Source of the DNA: Caldisericia bacterium
GTDB taxonomy: Bacteria > Caldisericota > Caldisericia > JAAYUI01
NCBI GenBank assembly: GCA_963674785.1
Contig: OY771555.1
Span: forward strand, 1,344,001-1,408,000
Direction of reading: 5' to 3'
DNA: 64,000 nt
Shown one piece after another: positions 10,265 to 21,121 of the stretch. The notes below the pieces were generated by a model that saw only the letters and a program-made list of their open reading frames with translations, was not told where the DNA came from and searched no databases. A program made the position numbers and the translations under genes. Numbering within the stretch: the stretch's first letter is position 1; every line of letters begins with the position of its first letter.

Positions 10265-11779
10265 ATGAAAAAGCGTGATTTACCCGAGATCCCACGTGAT
10301 CTGGAAAGAAAACTTAAGGAAAAGAATAAACCTAAAGAAGCAGAGGTTATCAAGGAAAAATTTGACAGAGAACCATCTGCTGTTAAGAGTTGGTTTATCA
10401 GAAATATATGGATGGTTTTTGCTGCTGGTTTCATAGGAATCCCACCACTTGTAAGATGGCTCTTCAACACTCTGATTCCCAATGCCGCTGCAAACTATTG
10501 GAATCTTAGCGGTCTTGGGCAGGCAAGCCTAATTGAAACAGAAACAAGCAGAATGTTTGCTGAAAACTACGCAAGAGTCAGTTTCCATGTAACATTTCTA
10601 GTATTTCTGGCATTGTTGCTTGTTGCAATAATCATTCTCGACAGGGTTGATGTAAAATCTTGGGGACTCCATTTCAAAAATATTCTTCCTGGAATTCTAT
10701 TCTTTGCTGGGTTCTGGGTAATTATTTATTATTTCTTTGTGCCTGTTGGTTCAATACTTTCAGGTGGCGAGAGCTATTATATTGGGCTTCCTCCCCCTCC
10801 TGGGCTTACAGAAACAGGGGCGAATTCGAGTGCTTCATTCTTCTATACATTGAAATATATGTTCTTCCCAAGGTCTGTTGTGGCATTTGTAGTAAATGAT
10901 GGCACGATTCCAATCTATGGTGCTGCATCACCAGCACTTGGTATTTTAGACTTCTTCAGGGTGTGGATTCTAAACGGACCAGTTCTGATGTTCTCAACCC
11001 TTGGTTATATGTTCAACAAGATGATGTCTTGGTTTGATGCACCGGATTGGATAACAGACACTAAAAAGAGACTTACATTCAAATATGTTGTGGCAACCCT
11101 TTTCAGCATCATTCTTGTGCCAATTATGACTTCGGCATACAAGCTTGCTGATGCCGCTCTTTCCTATACTGAAATCCAGGTTGAGGGTGCCCAGATTGCA
11201 GAAACTATCTACCGAGTGGCGACTGCAAATGTCGTATGGACAATTCTTTTCTGGCTTATTGTTGCAATATTTTTCAATTTTGCTTTCAACTGGGGATATG
11301 TCAAAAGGATCAAAAGAGAACTCTCTGATTGGGAAAGCTCACTTTATAAGTGGTTACCTGGTTTCATCGTTTTTGCTGTGGGTATCATTTTTGCTGTCTC
11401 CACTGGTTGGCATCTTGCGGCAATTAATCCGACTACAGGTGAATCAACAGCTCATTTCTTTGGACCGTTCAGTGGCGTAAACGTGCTTTCATTCTTCTTC
11501 CTTCTCACATGTGCCTATACTTACATTAAAACAAAAAACATCTTTATCCCAGCACTTATCTACCCATCGCTTCCATACTTCCTCAACTTTATAAGGGTAA
11601 CGAAAGATGTTATCCCAACTCTTTGGGGTTCATTTATCGCTGCGATCCTCACAATAATTATCCTTCTTGCGTATACAGAAACTTATCGTTTCTGGGCACC
11701 GTATGTCACATTTGATCTGAAATTTGAAGAAGTACCAGAAGGCTCAGGAGAAGTCATCGAAACTACTCCGGAGGAATAG
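10265..11779 (+). CDS. Polytopic membrane protein, possibly degenerate CPBP-like
   Basis: Many TM segments; SD GGAGG; stop codon overlaps the polA start. Confidence 0.7.
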   Translation: MKKRDLPEIPRDLERKLKEKNKPKEAEVIKEKFDREPSAVKSWFIRNIWMVFAAGFIGIPPLVRWLFNTLIPNAAANYWNLSGLGQASLIETETSRMFAENYARVSFHVTFLVFLALLLVAIIILDRVDVKSWGLHFKNILPGILFFAGFWVIIYYFFVPVGSILSGGESYYIGLPPPPGLTETGANSSASFFYTLKYMFFPRSVVAFVVNDGTIPIYGAASPALGILDFFRVWILNGPVLMFSTLGYMFNKMMSWFDAPDWITDTKKRLTFKYVVATLFSIILVPIMTSAYKLADAALSYTEIQVEGAQIAETIYRVATANVVWTILFWLIVAIFFNFAFNWGYVKRIKRELSDWESSLYKWLPGFIVFAVGIIFAVSTGWHLAAINPTTGESTAHFFGPFSGVNVLSFFFLLTCAYTYIKTKNIFIPALIYPSLPYFLNFIRVTKDVIPTLWGSFIAAILTIIILLAYTETYRFWAPYVTFDLKFEEVPEGSGEVIETTPEE

Positions 11780-14235
11780 TGGAAAAAATACTACTTGTGG
11801 ACGGAATGAGCCTGTTATTCAGGGCTTATTATGCTATGCCTGTTTCGATGGTCAGCAGCAATGGCACGTCCACGGGTGCATTATATGGGTTTATGAGACT
11901 GCTTTTGTCGGCAGTGGAAAAAGAAAACCCGGATAAAATATTTGTCTGTCTGGATAGAAAAGAAAAAACTTTCAGGCATGACCTCTGTGATTCATACAAA
12001 GCAAACAGAACATCTCCCCCAGATGAGCTTGCAGAGCAGATCATCCTTTTACCAGAAATCCTTGATAATATTGGGATAACATCTATCTCAAGCCCTGGAT
12101 ATGAAGCGGATGATGTGATCGCAACCGTTGCGAAAATTGAAGAAAAAAAAGGCAACAATTCTGTTGTAGTTACGGGCGACAAGGATATCCTTCAGATAAT
12201 CACAGATAAAACCAGTGTTTTAATAAACAAACGTGCAAATCAGGATGATGTCAAGTATACTCCAGAGATTTTTGAGGATGAGTTTAAATTGTCTCTTGAG
12301 CAATACGTTTGGTATAAGGCACTTAAGGGCGATAGTTCTGATAATTATTCTGGAATCCCAGGTATCGGTGATAAAACCGCAAGAAAAATCATTGATGAGT
12401 CAAGGAATATTGATGAACTCAAGAATCATCCCAAGATTTCAAAACATATTGATGAGTTTGAAAAATCACTGAAACTTGCACGAATCTGTTCTGATGCAGC
12501 AATTGATGAGAAGAAGCTTGACCAACCTTCGGTTTTTATTCCCGAAAAAGCTGTACCGGTTTTCAAGGATTATGGGTTTTCGTCGCTTGTCAAAAGATTT
12601 CAAGCTGACAAAAAGCCATCTTTCAAATATAAGAATATTGAAATCAAAAGTATCCCAAAAGAAATTGATGGAGATTTTGCTCTCTATATTGCTCCTGATG
12701 AAGTTTCATTTTCAGTTGGGGAATCAGTAAAAAAAGTTGAAATAGGAACGGGGATTTTTGCATCGAATGAAAAGGCGATCGATGGTTTTTCTGATGTTTT
12801 AAAATCTGGAAACACAAAAATATTAATGGACTTGAAATCTACACTCAAATATGTGGATGTTTCCGAACCAACCTTTGATATTGGAATTGCAGCTCATATT
12901 GATAATTCGAGCTTCAAGTCATTTGATATTGGGACACTGAAACCCCATTATCTTGAAGATGATGTTCCAAATCCTCTGGCGATGATTGAGATCAAAAAAA
13001 AACTTGAGTCAAAGCTTACTGAGAAGAACCAACTCGACCTTTTAAATGAGGTTGAAAAACCACTTACAAGAGTTTTAGATAAAGTTGAGAAACGCGGGAT
13101 CAAGATTGATAAAGCGTCTCTTGATAGCCTTGGCAAAGATTTTGAAGCAAAGCTTTGTATTCTTGCTGAAAATATCTTTGAGATTGCTGGAACTGACTTC
13201 AATATTCTTTCACCAAAACAGCTTTCACATGTTTTGTTTGAAAAAATGGGCATCAAGCCGATAAAGAAGACAAAATCTGGTTACTCAACTTCTGCAGACG
13301 TATTGGAAAAATTACGTCCGCTGACTCCATTAATTGATCATGTTCTGGAGTACAGAGAGCTTTCAAAGCTTCTTAATACATACATCAAACCTCTACCCAC
13401 CTTTGCTGATTCTGATGACAGGATTCATACAACATTCCTTCAAAATGGTACTGCAACAGGCAGATTATCGTCTGCCAATCCAAACCTTCAAAATATCCCA
13501 ATCAGAACTGAATGGGGAACCCATATCAGAGAGGCATTTATCTCAAAAGAAGGACACTCAATAATCAGTGCCGATTATTCCCAGATTGAACTCAGGGTTC
13601 TTGCTCATCTGTCCGGAGATGAAGATTTGATAGAGGCGTTTAGGTCTGGGCAAGACATCCATACTTACACTGCATGCAAAATGTTTAATGTTGAAAAACC
13701 AACATCTGAACAGAGAAGACAGGCGAAAGTTATCAATTTTGGGATTCTTTATGGGATGTCATCCCATAGATTAAGTAACGAATTTGGGATAAGCTTTGCT
13801 GAGGCTAAGAAGTTTATTGATGATTATTTTGGAAGATTCAAAGGGATAAAGAAATATACGTCAGCAGTTGTTGAAAGTGCAATTGAGGATGGTCATACTG
13901 AGACAATCCTCGGTAGAAGAAGATATGTCCCTGAGCTTTCTTCGAAGAACTTTCAAGTGAAGGCTGTAGGGGAAAGAATCGCTCTAAACTCTCCAATCCA
14001 AGGGTCATCTGCAGATATTATAAAACTTGCGATGCTTGATGTAGAAAAAAATCTTGAAGGGACAGGGGCAGCTCAGATTCTTCAGATACACGATGAGCTT
14101 TTGATTGAATGTCCCGATGAAAAAGTGGAAGATGTTTCAAAGATAGTGAAAGAAACTATGGAATCCGTGATCGAACTGGATGTTCCTTTACTGGTGGATA
14201 CAGGTTGGGGGAAGAACTGGTTGGTGGCAAAATAA
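11779..14235 (+). CDS. polA: DNA polymerase I (5'-3' nuclease plus polymerase; proofreading domain reduced)
   Basis: LLVDG, YKANR, EADD, GDSSDN; TATGRLSS.NPNLQNIP, DYSQIELR, QIHDE. Confidence 0.97.
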   Translation: MEKILLVDGMSLLFRAYYAMPVSMVSSNGTSTGALYGFMRLLLSAVEKENPDKIFVCLDRKEKTFRHDLCDSYKANRTSPPDELAEQIILLPEILDNIGITSISSPGYEADDVIATVAKIEEKKGNNSVVVTGDKDILQIITDKTSVLINKRANQDDVKYTPEIFEDEFKLSLEQYVWYKALKGDSSDNYSGIPGIGDKTARKIIDESRNIDELKNHPKISKHIDEFEKSLKLARICSDAAIDEKKLDQPSVFIPEKAVPVFKDYGFSSLVKRFQADKKPSFKYKNIEIKSIPKEIDGDFALYIAPDEVSFSVGESVKKVEIGTGIFASNEKAIDGFSDVLKSGNTKILMDLKSTLKYVDVSEPTFDIGIAAHIDNSSFKSFDIGTLKPHYLEDDVPNPLAMIEIKKKLESKLTEKNQLDLLNEVEKPLTRVLDKVEKRGIKIDKASLDSLGKDFEAKLCILAENIFEIAGTDFNILSPKQLSHVLFEKMGIKPIKKTKSGYSTSADVLEKLRPLTPLIDHVLEYRELSKLLNTYIKPLPTFADSDDRIHTTFLQNGTATGRLSSANPNLQNIPIRTEWGTHIREAFISKEGHSIISADYSQIELRVLAHLSGDEDLIEAFRSGQDIHTYTACKMFNVEKPTSEQRRQAKVINFGILYGMSSHRLSNEFGISFAEAKKFIDDYFGRFKGIKKYTSAVVESAIEDGHTETILGRRRYVPELSSKNFQVKAVGERIALNSPIQGSSADIIKLAMLDVEKNLEGTGAAQILQIHDELLIECPDEKVEDVSKIVKETMESVIELDVPLLVDTGWGKNWLVAK

Positions 14236-14832
14236 ATGGCATACATACTTGGAATAACTGGTGGAATCTCTTCTGGAAAATCTCGTGCATCATCATGCCT
14301 TGTTGGAGATGGTGTTCACATTATTGAAGTTGATGACCTCTCAAGACCTTTGATTCAAATAGGTACTGAGTGTTATACACAACTTGTAGAAAGATTTGGC
14401 AATCAGATTTGTAATCTTGATGGAAGAATTGACAGAAAAAGACTTGCAAGGATTGCATTTTCAAGCCAAGCCAAAACAAATATTCTAAATGAGATTTTCA
14501 AAGAACCACTTACTAGAGCCATAAAACTTGAAATAATGCAGGGAAGAGCAAACAGAGCAAGGTTGATTGTTGTTGTTGCATCAATTCTTTTTGAACAGGA
14601 ATGGAACAAACTATGTCATGGTGTATTAAATATTTCTGCACCAGAGCAGGTTCGACTCCAGAGGTCTATCAGAAGAGGTTTTACTGAAAGAGACGCCACA
14701 AGAAGGATGGCTGTTCAGCTTGATGAAAAAGAGAGAATGGCACTTTCTGACTGGACTATCTATACACAACCAACTGTCAAGATGCTCTGTGAATCAATCA
14801 GGAGACTTGCTCACGAAAACAAATGGATTTAA
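14236..14832 (+). CDS. coaE: Dephospho-CoA kinase
   Basis: GITGGISSGKS P-loop, IDRKRLA; usual position after polA. Confidence 0.92.
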   Translation: MAYILGITGGISSGKSRASSCLVGDGVHIIEVDDLSRPLIQIGTECYTQLVERFGNQICNLDGRIDRKRLARIAFSSQAKTNILNEIFKEPLTRAIKLEIMQGRANRARLIVVVASILFEQEWNKLCHGVLNISAPEQVRLQRSIRRGFTERDATRRMAVQLDEKERMALSDWTIYTQPTVKMLCESIRRLAHENKWI

Positions 14833-15572
14833 AACTTTCATACTCAAGAATCTCCACATATCTGCAATGTCCATATAAGTATTATCTAAGCTACATTGTG
14901 AAGCTTCCAACCAAGCCAAGACCGTATTTTTCATTTGGAAGCTCCATTCATACAGTGCTAGAATGGCTTCATAAACCTCGAATCTTGCCTGTTAATTATT
15001 CGATTCGAGAGATCATCGCTTATTATGACGAAAATTGGATCAATAGAGGATATTCAGGTATTGATGAGGAATCACGGTACAAGGAGCTTGGAAAGTCAAT
15101 TTTGATTTCGTACTGGGAAAAAATGGAAGGAAGTTTCAAACCCGCTTTAGAGGTCGAAAAAAACTTTTCATATCCACTTCAGGGATTTGAAGGTGTTACA
15201 TTAACAGGAATCGTCGACAGAATCGATTTAGATGAATCTGGAGATTTGATTCTGACAGATTATAAAACTGGAAAATGGATACCGTCGTCAGTAAATGGAA
15301 TGGATACACTGCAGCTTTCAATATATGCTATTGCCATGTCTTCCCTTTGGGACAAGAAAGTTGCCAAGGTTTCTAATCTCTATCTAAGAGAACATAAAGA
15401 AGTTGCATTTATACCCACCCAAGAGAAGATAACGGATGCGATGACAGAGATTGATAGGGCTGTTACTGGTATCAGGAACAAGGAATTTGATTTGAAGGTG
15501 AATAAATTCTGTAATTGGTGCGATTACAAGAACAGATGTAAAACAACACAAGTTTTGTCTGTGGAGAGATAA
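14823..15572 (+). CDS. PD-(D/E)XK RecB/AddB/Cas4-like nuclease with a four-Cys Fe-S staple
   Basis: SYSRISTYLQCP, GIVDRID, DYKTG, QLSIYA, C-terminal CNWCDYKNRC. Confidence 0.9.
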   Translation: MDLKLSYSRISTYLQCPYKYYLSYIVKLPTKPRPYFSFGSSIHTVLEWLHKPRILPVNYSIREIIAYYDENWINRGYSGIDEESRYKELGKSILISYWEKMEGSFKPALEVEKNFSYPLQGFEGVTLTGIVDRIDLDESGDLILTDYKTGKWIPSSVNGMDTLQLSIYAIAMSSLWDKKVAKVSNLYLREHKEVAFIPTQEKITDAMTEIDRAVTGIRNKEFDLKVNKFCNWCDYKNRCKTTQVLSVER

Positions 15573-15583
15573 TAAGAGGAAAG

Positions 15584-17284
15584 ATGAAGGAAATGAACAA
15601 GTATTATAGAGGATTAGTTTTTACGATTGCAATTGTGCTTATTTCATCAGTTATTTTTATTTCATGCGGGAAACTTGATGGTGCGCTTCTTTGGATAAAC
15701 ATTAACAGTGAAAACTCGATCGTAACGATTGATGATAATGAACCAATTCATTACAAAGACTTGAAAAACCCAGTTCTTCTTCCTCCAAATATGCATAAGA
15801 TTACAGTTGAATATCTCGACTCAGGTGATGTCGAAACAAAGACAATGAATCTTTATTATGGTTATGAACACAAAATAACATTTGACAAATACGAAGAGGC
15901 TGTTGTTTCAATCGATTCAAAAATTCCAGCAAACATTTGGGTTGGTAATATTGAAGTTGGGGCAATTCCAGCACCAGATAGAATTATTGTACATGCTGGT
16001 GATAGGGAATTAAAAGGAGAGCTTGTTGGATTTGGTTACAGATGGAAAGAAAACAGAGTTTTTCAAACTGGTGATCAGATAGAACTCCAACCTGGGACAG
16101 ATGAGACTCATGGAGCATTATACATTGAATCAGAAACAAATGGTGTGAGTTTTATTACCTCTATTCCAGATGAACCCATGACGGACAATGGGTCTGTTTT
16201 TTATCCTATGGTCGAAACCGGAGTTGTTGAGATCAGAGAACAATTCACCAAAAATGTTGTTCACTATATCAATGTTTATCCGGGTAAAGTTACAAAACTC
16301 AAATTTATTGATGATCATTCTGTAATTTCTGATAAAACCTATAAACTTGAAAACATCAAAGCAGGTTCATCAGTTGAATTGTTTGTCGACTGGCGAGATG
16401 GTGGTGTAACCAAATGTACCGTAGAAGATGGAGTGACTGAGATTACTGATCTTGATATCGCAAAACTCACACCATTTAGGGCAACTGGACTTGATTTCAG
16501 GGGTGCGACAAAACATTTCATCACAAGAAAAGATGGTCAGATTGGAGCAGCATCATTTTCATCTGAACTACCAGGTTCAATCTCCTTTACCTATTCCCAG
16601 GAAAAAAAGTTTGATCCAAAGGATATGAATCTTATGGATGTTCAGGTCTTTTCGGGGACATCGCCAGATGGAGAGTATTATCACTATGAAGATGGCATAA
16701 TCAAAGCCGATGGAACAAGTTATATCGCCTTAAAATCATTTATTCCTGGTTCCTGGAATATGGAAACAGGAGACGTTGTTATTGTCGGAACTGCCTCTGA
16801 TTGTGGAATTTTTGATGTAAAGGTTGAATCCCTCTTGGGCAGGGATCCACTATATTTCCCGCGAATTGAAATCGATGATCTTGTTGATAGTGAACTATTA
16901 TTCAAAAGACCCCAGGGGTTCTTTTTGAAGGATTACGACGTACTGGCAGTTTTGGGTTTACCTGAAAGAACAAGGATATGGAAGCTGACATTTGATGAAG
17001 TTATTCCGATAAAAGATATTCCAAAGGGAATGTATAACTCACAGCTTTTCGACTACAGGTATCTTGTCTGTTATCCAAAACAGGACTCATATTCGAATGG
17101 GTACATAGTTGATCTGGAGACAGGAACAATTACTTCAAATACTGAGGATATTCCCAATATTTCACTCCTAAATGATGGAAAAATAACTTCTGGATTCAGT
17201 GCAGACAGGGTATCAGCTGGTGTGGTTTATGAGTGGATAGGAGATAAGTTGATCCCAATTTGGGGAGGCCTGTTTACTCAGTAA
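15584..17284 (+). CDS. Putative lipoprotein with PEGA-like beta domains
   Basis: FIS-C lipobox; 'LWININSENSIVTID' and 'GALYIESETNGV' resemble PEGA repeats. Confidence 0.6.
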   Translation: MKEMNKYYRGLVFTIAIVLISSVIFISCGKLDGALLWININSENSIVTIDDNEPIHYKDLKNPVLLPPNMHKITVEYLDSGDVETKTMNLYYGYEHKITFDKYEEAVVSIDSKIPANIWVGNIEVGAIPAPDRIIVHAGDRELKGELVGFGYRWKENRVFQTGDQIELQPGTDETHGALYIESETNGVSFITSIPDEPMTDNGSVFYPMVETGVVEIREQFTKNVVHYINVYPGKVTKLKFIDDHSVISDKTYKLENIKAGSSVELFVDWRDGGVTKCTVEDGVTEITDLDIAKLTPFRATGLDFRGATKHFITRKDGQIGAASFSSELPGSISFTYSQEKKFDPKDMNLMDVQVFSGTSPDGEYYHYEDGIIKADGTSYIALKSFIPGSWNMETGDVVIVGTASDCGIFDVKVESLLGRDPLYFPRIEIDDLVDSELLFKRPQGFFLKDYDVLAVLGLPERTRIWKLTFDEVIPIKDIPKGMYNSQLFDYRYLVCYPKQDSYSNGYIVDLETGTITSNTEDIPNISLLNDGKITSGFSADRVSAGVVYEWIGDKLIPIWGGLFTQ

Positions 17285-17952
17285 ATCCACATCAGGTCTG
17301 TTGTTAGTCTTGATAGAACAGCAATTATTATGTTTATTGAAAACACGATAACTGGGGCTGCAAGCATATAGAAGAAGTACGGCATCAAAAGATTTTTTAT
17401 CTTTACCTTGGAGTGTAGATGTGTGATTATCGGAATCAAGACAATAGCTATCACAAATGCTATGTGTAGGGGCATCCAATTGTTCTCAAGGTGAATATTG
17501 TGAAGCCAATCCTGTGTTGCTGTGCAGGAGACATGCCCAAAGTATGTTGGGGTACTAAGCGACCATTTTGTGACTACAAGTCTTGTGATAACGTTTATTG
17601 CGCTTGCAATAGGCACAGCAATCAGAAGCGAGTGCTGGATAGGTTTTTCAAACTCTCCTGGAATTGTTGTTCTGAAAATCTTGAAAATGAGATATATGTG
17701 GATAGAAACAGTAAACAGATATTCGAAGATTCTCATTGCAAATATCGATGGCCATATATCGGTTCCTGAAAAAGCTACAAGAAGAAACAAAATAACCATA
17801 AATGGAATCCAGATTTTTTCAAAGTTATTGTGGCTTCTATCTACATTTACGAGGGTATCAACGGGAACCCCTTGCTTGTACTCTCTTTGTCTAATGCTGT
17901 TTAGAAGTGTTAAAAGACTATTTTCTGGAGAGACGTTATCTGGTGATGACAT
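17278..17952 (-). CDS. Hypothetical membrane protein
   Basis: About 5 TM segments; ATG at 17952 has an AGAGGA SD and overlaps the upstream gene. Confidence 0.65.
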   Translation of the reverse strand: MSSPDNVSPENSLLTLLNSIRQREYKQGVPVDTLVNVDRSHNNFEKIWIPFMVILFLLVAFSGTDIWPSIFAMRIFEYLFTVSIHIYLIFKIFRTTIPGEFEKPIQHSLLIAVPIASAINVITRLVVTKWSLSTPTYFGHVSCTATQDWLHNIHLENNWMPLHIAFVIAIVLIPIITHLHSKVKIKNLLMPYFFYMLAAPVIVFSINIIIAVLSRLTTDLMWIY

Positions 17953-18430
17953 CGATTTCCTCTGCAGTGAAGTAATCAAGCCATGCGTTTTTGAAACCGG
18001 TAACCTTTACAATTGAACTGCAGGCAAAGTCGCTAACCTTGTTGACACTTCTTGGTACAAAAACTCTTACATCACCTGCAGGGCTTGTCATGAAAAATGA
18101 GAATAAATCAGGGTTATAAGATGTGATTTCGCCAATCCATGTTTTTCTTTCAAGAGTGTCTGCGGGTTGAATTGAATCATGCAGAATATATAAACCTGTT
18201 CCATCCCACCTCATTGTGACTTGTGCTCCCAAATATAGATCATCAGATGTTTTATGGGGTTGTAGTTTTGCAGAAACCAAGTATCCATCAAGTGTTTCAA
18301 CGGTCATTGGGCCGATTCTCGGAACTGGTTCAACAATCACGCCATATGTTAAAACACCATTGCCTGCATTTGCAGGGATAAACGATAAAAGTAACAAACC
18401 AACTGATAAAGCGATGATTATTTTTTTCAT
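17936..18430 (-). CDS. Secreted hypothetical protein, possibly tandem OB-fold-like
   Basis: Signal peptide MKKIIIALSVGLLLLSFIPANA; SD GGAGG. Confidence 0.65.
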   Translation of the reverse strand: MKKIIIALSVGLLLLSFIPANAGNGVLTYGVIVEPVPRIGPMTVETLDGYLVSAKLQPHKTSDDLYLGAQVTMRWDGTGLYILHDSIQPADTLERKTWIGEITSYNPDLFSFFMTSPAGDVRVFVPRSVNKVSDFACSSIVKVTGFKNAWLDYFTAEEIDVITR

Positions 18431-18432
18431 AT

Positions 18433-18963
18433 TTAACCTCCTAGTTTGAAGAGTATACCAGAAATTCCTCCACCAAGCAATACGAATACTGGATGGACTC
18501 CAAGAAAAAGAGCTGTTATCGCACCAATACCTATCAATAAAAGGTAATAGTTGAAGTCCTGGAATGCACCTTTTCCAATGCCAAAGAGAACATAAAAGAC
18601 CACAGCAACAACTGCTGGTCCAATACCCTTGATAAACCCTTTTATGGTTGTATTGTCACCATATTTTGTCATGAGTGAGTAGAGGGTTATTCCTACGATT
18701 ATAGGTGGGATTATTATTCCAAAAACAGCAAATAAAGCTCCTGCGTATCCTGCAATCTCTTTTCCAAGGATAGCAGAGCTTGAGATTGCAACCGGGCCTG
18801 GTGTGAAACCAATCGTATACATAACTTGATTGAATTGTTCTGCCGTGATAATCCCTTGGTGGGTGACAAGTTCATGTCTCATGATGCTTACAGATGCCCA
18901 CCCGCCTCCAAAGCTGATTATTCCAATTTTCAGAAACGAGAGAAATACTTTTATATAAACCAT
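18433..18963 (-). CDS. Short-chain chromate transporter (CHR) family protein
   Basis: FLKIGIISFGGG and TPGP motifs; 176 aa. Confidence 0.9.
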   Translation of the reverse strand: MVYIKVFLSFLKIGIISFGGGWASVSIMRHELVTHQGIITAEQFNQVMYTIGFTPGPVAISSSAILGKEIAGYAGALFAVFGIIIPPIIVGITLYSLMTKYGDNTTIKGFIKGIGPAVVAVVFYVLFGIGKGAFQDFNYYLLLIGIGAITALFLGVHPVFVLLGGGISGILFKLGG

Positions 18964-19032
18964 GCTTGAATTCTATATTCATTTCGTTTTTTCGCAAGGA
19001 ATCAGCTTGACAGCAGACCATCGTAAATTAGA

Positions 19033-20349
19033 ATGTCTTCCATGGGTTTTGAAGAAGTCAATAAACAGCTAACAATTAGAGTTCCTCCGCTCGTAAATGT
19101 GGATGTCAATCAGCCTATCATGAAGATTATTGATACTCCCCAATTCCAAAAGCTTAGAAAAATCAGACAGTTGTCACTCACCCATCTTGTCTACCCGGGT
19201 GCAAACCATACTAGATTCGAACACTCTTTAGGTGTCTTTGGTTTGATGATGAAATATATTGAAAGGCTTTCAAGGCTTTCCGAATTTGCAGAATCGATAA
19301 AAAAGGAACACTTGGATGCACTTCCTTTTGCTGCCCTCCTCCATGATATTGGTCACTATCCGTTTGGACATTTACTTGAAGGCGAGGTCTCAGATTTGCC
19401 CGATCACGAGATTCGCAGTCAGGAGATATTATCTGGTCTTGAGATTTCGGAAATCCTATCCCAAAACAATATTGACCCTGTTGTTGTTGGAAACTTGATA
19501 ACTGGGGACTTTGATAAATCAGATATTTCATATCGTCTTGCAAGGGATTTGTTGGATTCTACCGTTGATGCTGACAAGATGGATTATCTTGAACGAGATA
19601 GTCTTCATTGTGGAGTTCCCTACGGAAGGTCGTATGACAAGGAAAGACTCATCGGAAGTCTTACTGTTTCTCCTCAGAAAAGGCTTGCCCTTACAGCGAA
19701 AGGGAAGTCTTCAGCAGAGTACATAATATTCAGCAGATATATAATGCTTACTGAAGTCTATTGGCATCACACTGTTCGATCGGCTGCAATAATGCTTATT
19801 GCGGCAATGCAGGAGGCTGTCAAATTCAAGGGGTGGGCAGATTTCAGGTCAGAGCTTCTGGATCATTATGGTGATGATGATGCCCTTGAAAAGTTGGGTT
19901 CACTTGTGGCAGATGACACTGATACTTTTGAGCTTGTAAGAGGGCTTATCAACAGAAAGCTTTTCAAAAGAATAAGAACGTACTCTCCACTTGATCCTGA
20001 CACAAGAGAAGTTTTTTCTGCTCTGAAGGGTTTAAGTGGACCATATGCTGCAAAAGTTTTATCCGAAGAGTTGATCGGAAGACTTTCGATTCCAAGAATG
20101 AGATTGCTTGTTGATATTGTTCCATCAAAAGCAATGACTCAGGATATCACTGTGTTTTTTTCAAAAAGAAACAAATATAGAAAGCTGTCGGATATTTCAC
20201 CTATTGCTAAATCTCTTGCAGAAACCTGGGAGAGCTTGACAGGAGTTGTTAGGGTATATTGTCACCCAGCATATGAATCAAAACTTGTTAAGAATGGTTC
20301 CGAAATAGATAAAGCAATAATTGAGTCTGCAAAAGATATAATTAGATAA
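19033..20349 (+). CDS. HD-domain phosphohydrolase (YwfO/SAMHD1-like dNTPase family)
   Basis: [46 protein letters not shown]. Confidence 0.92.
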   Translation: MSSMGFEEVNKQLTIRVPPLVNVDVNQPIMKIIDTPQFQKLRKIRQLSLTHLVYPGANHTRFEHSLGVFGLMMKYIERLSRLSEFAESIKKEHLDALPFAALLHDIGHYPFGHLLEGEVSDLPDHEIRSQEILSGLEISEILSQNNIDPVVVGNLITGDFDKSDISYRLARDLLDSTVDADKMDYLERDSLHCGVPYGRSYDKERLIGSLTVSPQKRLALTAKGKSSAEYIIFSRYIMLTEVYWHHTVRSAAIMLIAAMQEAVKFKGWADFRSELLDHYGDDDALEKLGSLVADDTDTFELVRGLINRKLFKRIRTYSPLDPDTREVFSALKGLSGPYAAKVLSEELIGRLSIPRMRLLVDIVPSKAMTQDITVFFSKRNKYRKLSDISPIAKSLAETWESLTGVVRVYCHPAYESKLVKNGSEIDKAIIESAKDIIR

Positions 20350-20365
20350 TTTTTATCAAGCTCTA

Positions 20366-20408
20366 AAAATTGTCAAGCACTTGACAATTTTATTTCTTGG
20401 TGTAATTT
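20366..20408 (+). promoter_or_regulatory. Sigma70-type promoter of the peroxiredoxin gene with a palindrome over the -35
   Basis: TTGACA (20381-86), 16 nt, TAATTT; AAAATTGTCAAG-CA-CTTGACAATTTT inverted repeat. Confidence 0.55.
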
Positions 20409-20437
20409 ATAGTCATCAAGAAGGAGGAGGAGAATTT

Positions 20438-21097
20438 ATGTGTTGTGAATATGAAGAAGAAATGAATATGCCGTTACTTGGTGACGAATTCCCAGAGATG
20501 GAAGTAAAAACTACACATGGTGTTATGAATCTACCAGAGGCTTTTAAAGGTAAATGGTTTATCCTTTTTAGTCATCCTGCTGACTTTACCCCTGTTTGTA
20601 CAACCGAGTTTGTTTCATTCCAGAGACACGTTGAAGATTTTAAGAAGTTGAACTGTGAACTTATTGGTCTTTCAGTTGACCAGGTTTTTTCACACATCAA
20701 ATGGATTGAGTGGATTGAAGAGAAGATTGGTGACAAAATAACTTATCCTGTTATTGCTGCAAACGATACAATCGCATCAAAACTTGGGCTTCTTCATCCT
20801 GGAAAAGGCACAAACACAGTAAGAGCAGTGTTTATTGTTGACCCTGAAGGAAAAGTGAGATTAATCGTTTATTATCCACAGGAAATTGGCAGAAATATGG
20901 ATGAGTTTGTAAGAGCTGTAAAAGCCCTTCAGATTTCAGACTCAAAGAAGGTCGCTACACCTGCAAACTGGCCAAACAATGAATTGATCAAGGATAGGGT
21001 GATTGTTCCACCAGCTGGTGATGTTGAGACCGCAAAGAAACGACTTGATGAATATGATGGTTATGACTGGTGGTTCTGTCATAAACCACTGGATTAG
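20438..21097 (+). CDS. Peroxiredoxin (Prx6/archaeal type)
   Basis: [30 protein letters not shown]-terminal DWWFC; SD AAGGAGGAGG before ATG 20438. Confidence 0.95.
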   Translation: MCCEYEEEMNMPLLGDEFPEMEVKTTHGVMNLPEAFKGKWFILFSHPADFTPVCTTEFVSFQRHVEDFKKLNCELIGLSVDQVFSHIKWIEWIEEKIGDKITYPVIAANDTIASKLGLLHPGKGTNTVRAVFIVDPEGKVRLIVYYPQEIGRNMDEFVRAVKALQISDSKKVATPANWPNNELIKDRVIVPPAGDVETAKKRLDEYDGYDWWFCHKPLD

Positions 21098-21121
21098 TTC
21101 GATTACAAAATAAAGGTACTC

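Noticed and set aside
14823-15572. Cas4 as evidence of a CRISPR system
   Set aside because: No cas1/cas2 and no repeat-spacer array anywhere in the window; the context is housekeeping.
19033-20349. HD dNTPase as an anti-phage defence system
   Set aside because: It looks like the widespread housekeeping YwfO-type family and has no defence-island context.
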